NCBI GenBank assembly: GCA_051294905.1
Contig: CM119371.1
Coordinates: 2,730,001-2,794,000 of the forward strand
From: Botryllus schlosseri
Taxonomy: Eukaryota
DNA: 64,000 nt
Direction of reading: 5' to 3'
Positions 61,152-64,000 of this stretch are shown here, in pieces (the stretch's first letter is position 1; the number at the start of each line of letters is the position of its first letter). The notes beneath the pieces are model-generated. The model was not told the origin of the DNA. It saw only the letters and a list, made by a program, of their open reading frames with translations, and made no database searches. A program made the position numbers and the translations under genes.

Positions 61152-62241
61152 ATACTAACACTTACCGTGCCAAATGTCATGACCGATCTCGGTATAGAAC
61201 ATCGTCAAAATCAATGGAGACCAATACTGGCTTTTGAGTAAAATCTGTTTGCTGTACTATGCACAATTGTACATGATAGATCAGCACACACTGAACTTCG
61301 GAAACGGAATTACTACCCTTATCTTTAAGTAGCAATCCTGAAACTTGGAGCAGTGTTAAATACTACCTTCACGACATATCATACCAAGTTTCAAGAATTA
61401 TCATGGTGCGAAACACCGTCAAAATTGACCTATACCAGCAAAGGTCGACTCAACGCATATTACGGTAACCGAGTTCAGATATAGATACGATTGTTACATC
61501 ACACCTTAGGGGCGACAGGCATATTTGCCCCGGTTGCTCGGCCATTTTACGAATAGGAGAAAGTAAATCACCGTTTCTTTATTGTGCGCGGCTTTGAGAG
61601 AATTGATAGTGAACGCTTGTTATGAGCGCTACCGGGGCAAGCCCCGGCTAGGCATTCTCAAAGCGAAAACACAGAAGAGAATTCGATTTTCGCAGAGACT
61701 TCGCTATGTATGGGCATTTGCAAGCGAAAGCACAAGAAGAACGCGGGTTTCGCTGTGATCTCGGTATGTATTGATTGCTGTGCGTCTATAAATGGTTAAA
61801 TTGTTATTGAACAGAATTTTAGGTGGGGCAATGCCCCAGTTGCCCTATAGGACGAGCCGCCACTGATTTAACGACAAATGACGATACATATCCTCACATC
61901 TTCATCAAGTCTACCTACCTCTCATTCGAATTAAATTCTGAATCATGAAACGATTGTCTGGCATTTATCCTGATTTCTACGCAACCTTTTGTCACACTGT
62001 ACGCATTCGCGTAAAATACATTCTTGGTTGCTTTCACACATTGTCACCACATTGTCTCTCCATATCCCGATAACCCCCAAAAATGCAAGGCTCAAATTAC
62101 TGATTAATATTTATTTCAAATCAATTCTATACATTTCATAACATGAAAACGTAGCCCAATAAAACATAAAATCTCGTAAATTCCAGCCACTGCTCTCTCA
62201 GTTGAAGATGAAGATACTTATCAGGAGTCATTAACAATACT

Positions 62242-62757
62242 TAGGGCTGGGCAAAATCGAATACCTGAGTGATTCGACTCTTAATCACGTAATATGCTTC
62301 GAGTCGAGTCGAGTAATCGAGTATCACTCATTATGACGCCCTAACAGAACGTGATGTGTGAAGGTTTAAATATGTATCTATTATGCCACCACGAAGAATA
62401 TAATGCCTGTTATCCATCACATAAAAAATATTTTGGTAGTTTTTCGATCAAACCGATTTTATTGCACTTGGTGACAATGTTGCGAGACAATCCTGACTTT
62501 GGAAATCTGCTGGTTCCAGCAACTTCGTAGCTTTGTACTATATGTTTCGTACGCTACGATACGGCCTATCAAGGTTTTAAGGCTTCAACAGTGAAAATTA
62601 CTGTCGAAACTATAATTCTCGTTGATAAATTAACTGCCAGTGACGGGGAGCGTATAATTCCAGTACTCGAAAAAATCGTCTTTTACTTCTCGACTCGAAT
62701 CATCACAATTAATACTCGATTCAGATTCGAGTACTCGAATCATTATGCCCAGCCCTA
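62242..62757. mobile_element. hAT MITE of the TAGGGCTG family (copy 3)
   Basis: TIR TAGGGCTGGGCA and TSD ACAATACT/ACACTACT. Collinear with 45202-45688. Confidence 0.88.
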
Positions 62758-64000
62758 ACACTACTCTTGAGGAATGAGTTGTGAATAATGTCATAATAAT
62801 TGAAAATTAGTCACAATGGACAGTAAGAGTAATTTATGGAATGTCAAGCAGCAAATCATAATATCTCAGTAAAAAAAGAATATTTAATCACATTCATACG
62901 ATTATCTGAAATTTCGATTGTTATGGGTTGACAATTTGCCTCTTTTTCAGTTAACTATGGTGTATTAAGTCATTTAGAATCAATTAATCACATATCAATA
63001 ATAAACGAGCACATCAAGAGGGATAAGCAAATTATATTATTATGCTCGAAGCATCCAGAAACACCATGGTAGCAGAAAAGTACTGCGACCGTCATTCTAC
63101 AGAATAATATCAAGGTCATGAAATATCTTGGTAATGGAAGTTTTCAACTCGGTAAGTTTACCTTTCAACACTCTCCTGAAGTCAACTGAACATATAGAGA
63201 AATATCACAACATGATGATGGAACATGGATAATGCTACATAGTTGACATTGCAATGGATTTCATACACTACATTTATTTTCAACAAAATTTTTTATTTTA
63301 TATTTTTTTGGGGTTTTTTCAAGTATTCAATTTCCATCATATTACATCACACAAAACATAACAACACTTCACACTGCACTTCTAAGATTATAACAATTAT
63401 TTTTCATTTTTCCATATTTATGTATTTTATGTAACTTCTATTATAATCAATTATTTTAAGGTGTAACACGATGAAATACATTTATTTATTTTATTCCGCT
63501 ATTCGATTCTACCTTGCGACTCAATCATTATAATAGCAGAAAATCAACAGGATGACGGCTTGAACTCTACTGTAGTAAAACCATCTGCACATTGAAATCA
63601 ACTAATTAACTTCATTTTCGGAAATATTTAGGATCGACGTGACGCTTACGTTATTGCCATTGTTTTCGTCGAATTGTGAATTTTTTTTGCCAACTGTTTG
63701 GTTACCTAATTGTGAAATGCACAATACAAATAGTATTGCGAAATTGCATCAATTAAACATGAAATAGCCAGTTTAAATTCCTAAATGAAATGCGGTAATT
63801 CTACTCTCCATATTTCAATTTTGCTGATGAGAAAATGATGGCTCTTGTACACGATCAACGATGTTGCATCTGTGGTCTTCTCAACAAGTGACTGAAAAAC
63901 AAGTATCTCTGAATAAATCAATATGCTAATTCATCAATCACGTCTGCAAACTATTCGGACTATGAGCCGGAGATGGACTTTTCACGTAGGTACGTAATTA

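Larger units (their letters stand above)
58777..61865. mobile_element. 3.1 kb non-autonomous hAT element carrying several nested insertions
   Basis: TIR CAGTGGCGGCTCGT and perfect 8 bp TSD ATTTAACG. Confidence 0.88.

Noticed and set aside
63104..63152. Possible kinase glycine-loop exon (KYLGNGSF, flanked by AG and GTAAGT)
   Set aside because: It lacks the following G.V and no other kinase subdomains were found nearby. Likely chance.

Overview
Eukaryotic, AT-rich, transposon-saturated DNA, probably from an invertebrate animal (inferred from short GT-AG introns and the element families present). I found no intact host gene and no prokaryotic systems. Three elements look intact and autonomous: (1) a 3.0 kb PIF/Harbinger DNA transposon (2015-5023) with a 3-exon HARBI1-type DDE transposase and a convergent 4-exon Myb/SANT-like gene, both reconstructed without stops; (2) a Mag-like Gypsy LTR retrotransposon (22801-27338) with near-identical 176 bp LTRs, a tRNA-Leu PBS and a 5 bp TSD; (3) a CR1-group LINE (about 50500-55051) whose ORF2 carries PHD, APE and RT domains. 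The window also holds a second, decayed Harbinger, a tRNA-derived SINE, a THAP pseudogene and many, often nested, MITEs (hAT, pogo, Chapaev3-like, P-like, Mutator/Merlin-like). The most unusual observation is a nearly identical, circularly permuted copy of 31515-32067 (order A-B) inserted at 12302-12839 (order B-A), the pattern expected from re-integration of a roughly 551 bp extrachromosomal circle. Also notable are an RRM-like gene fragment amplified in three copies that share a frameshift, and a MITE inserted into its own family. All coordinates and alignments were made by eye.
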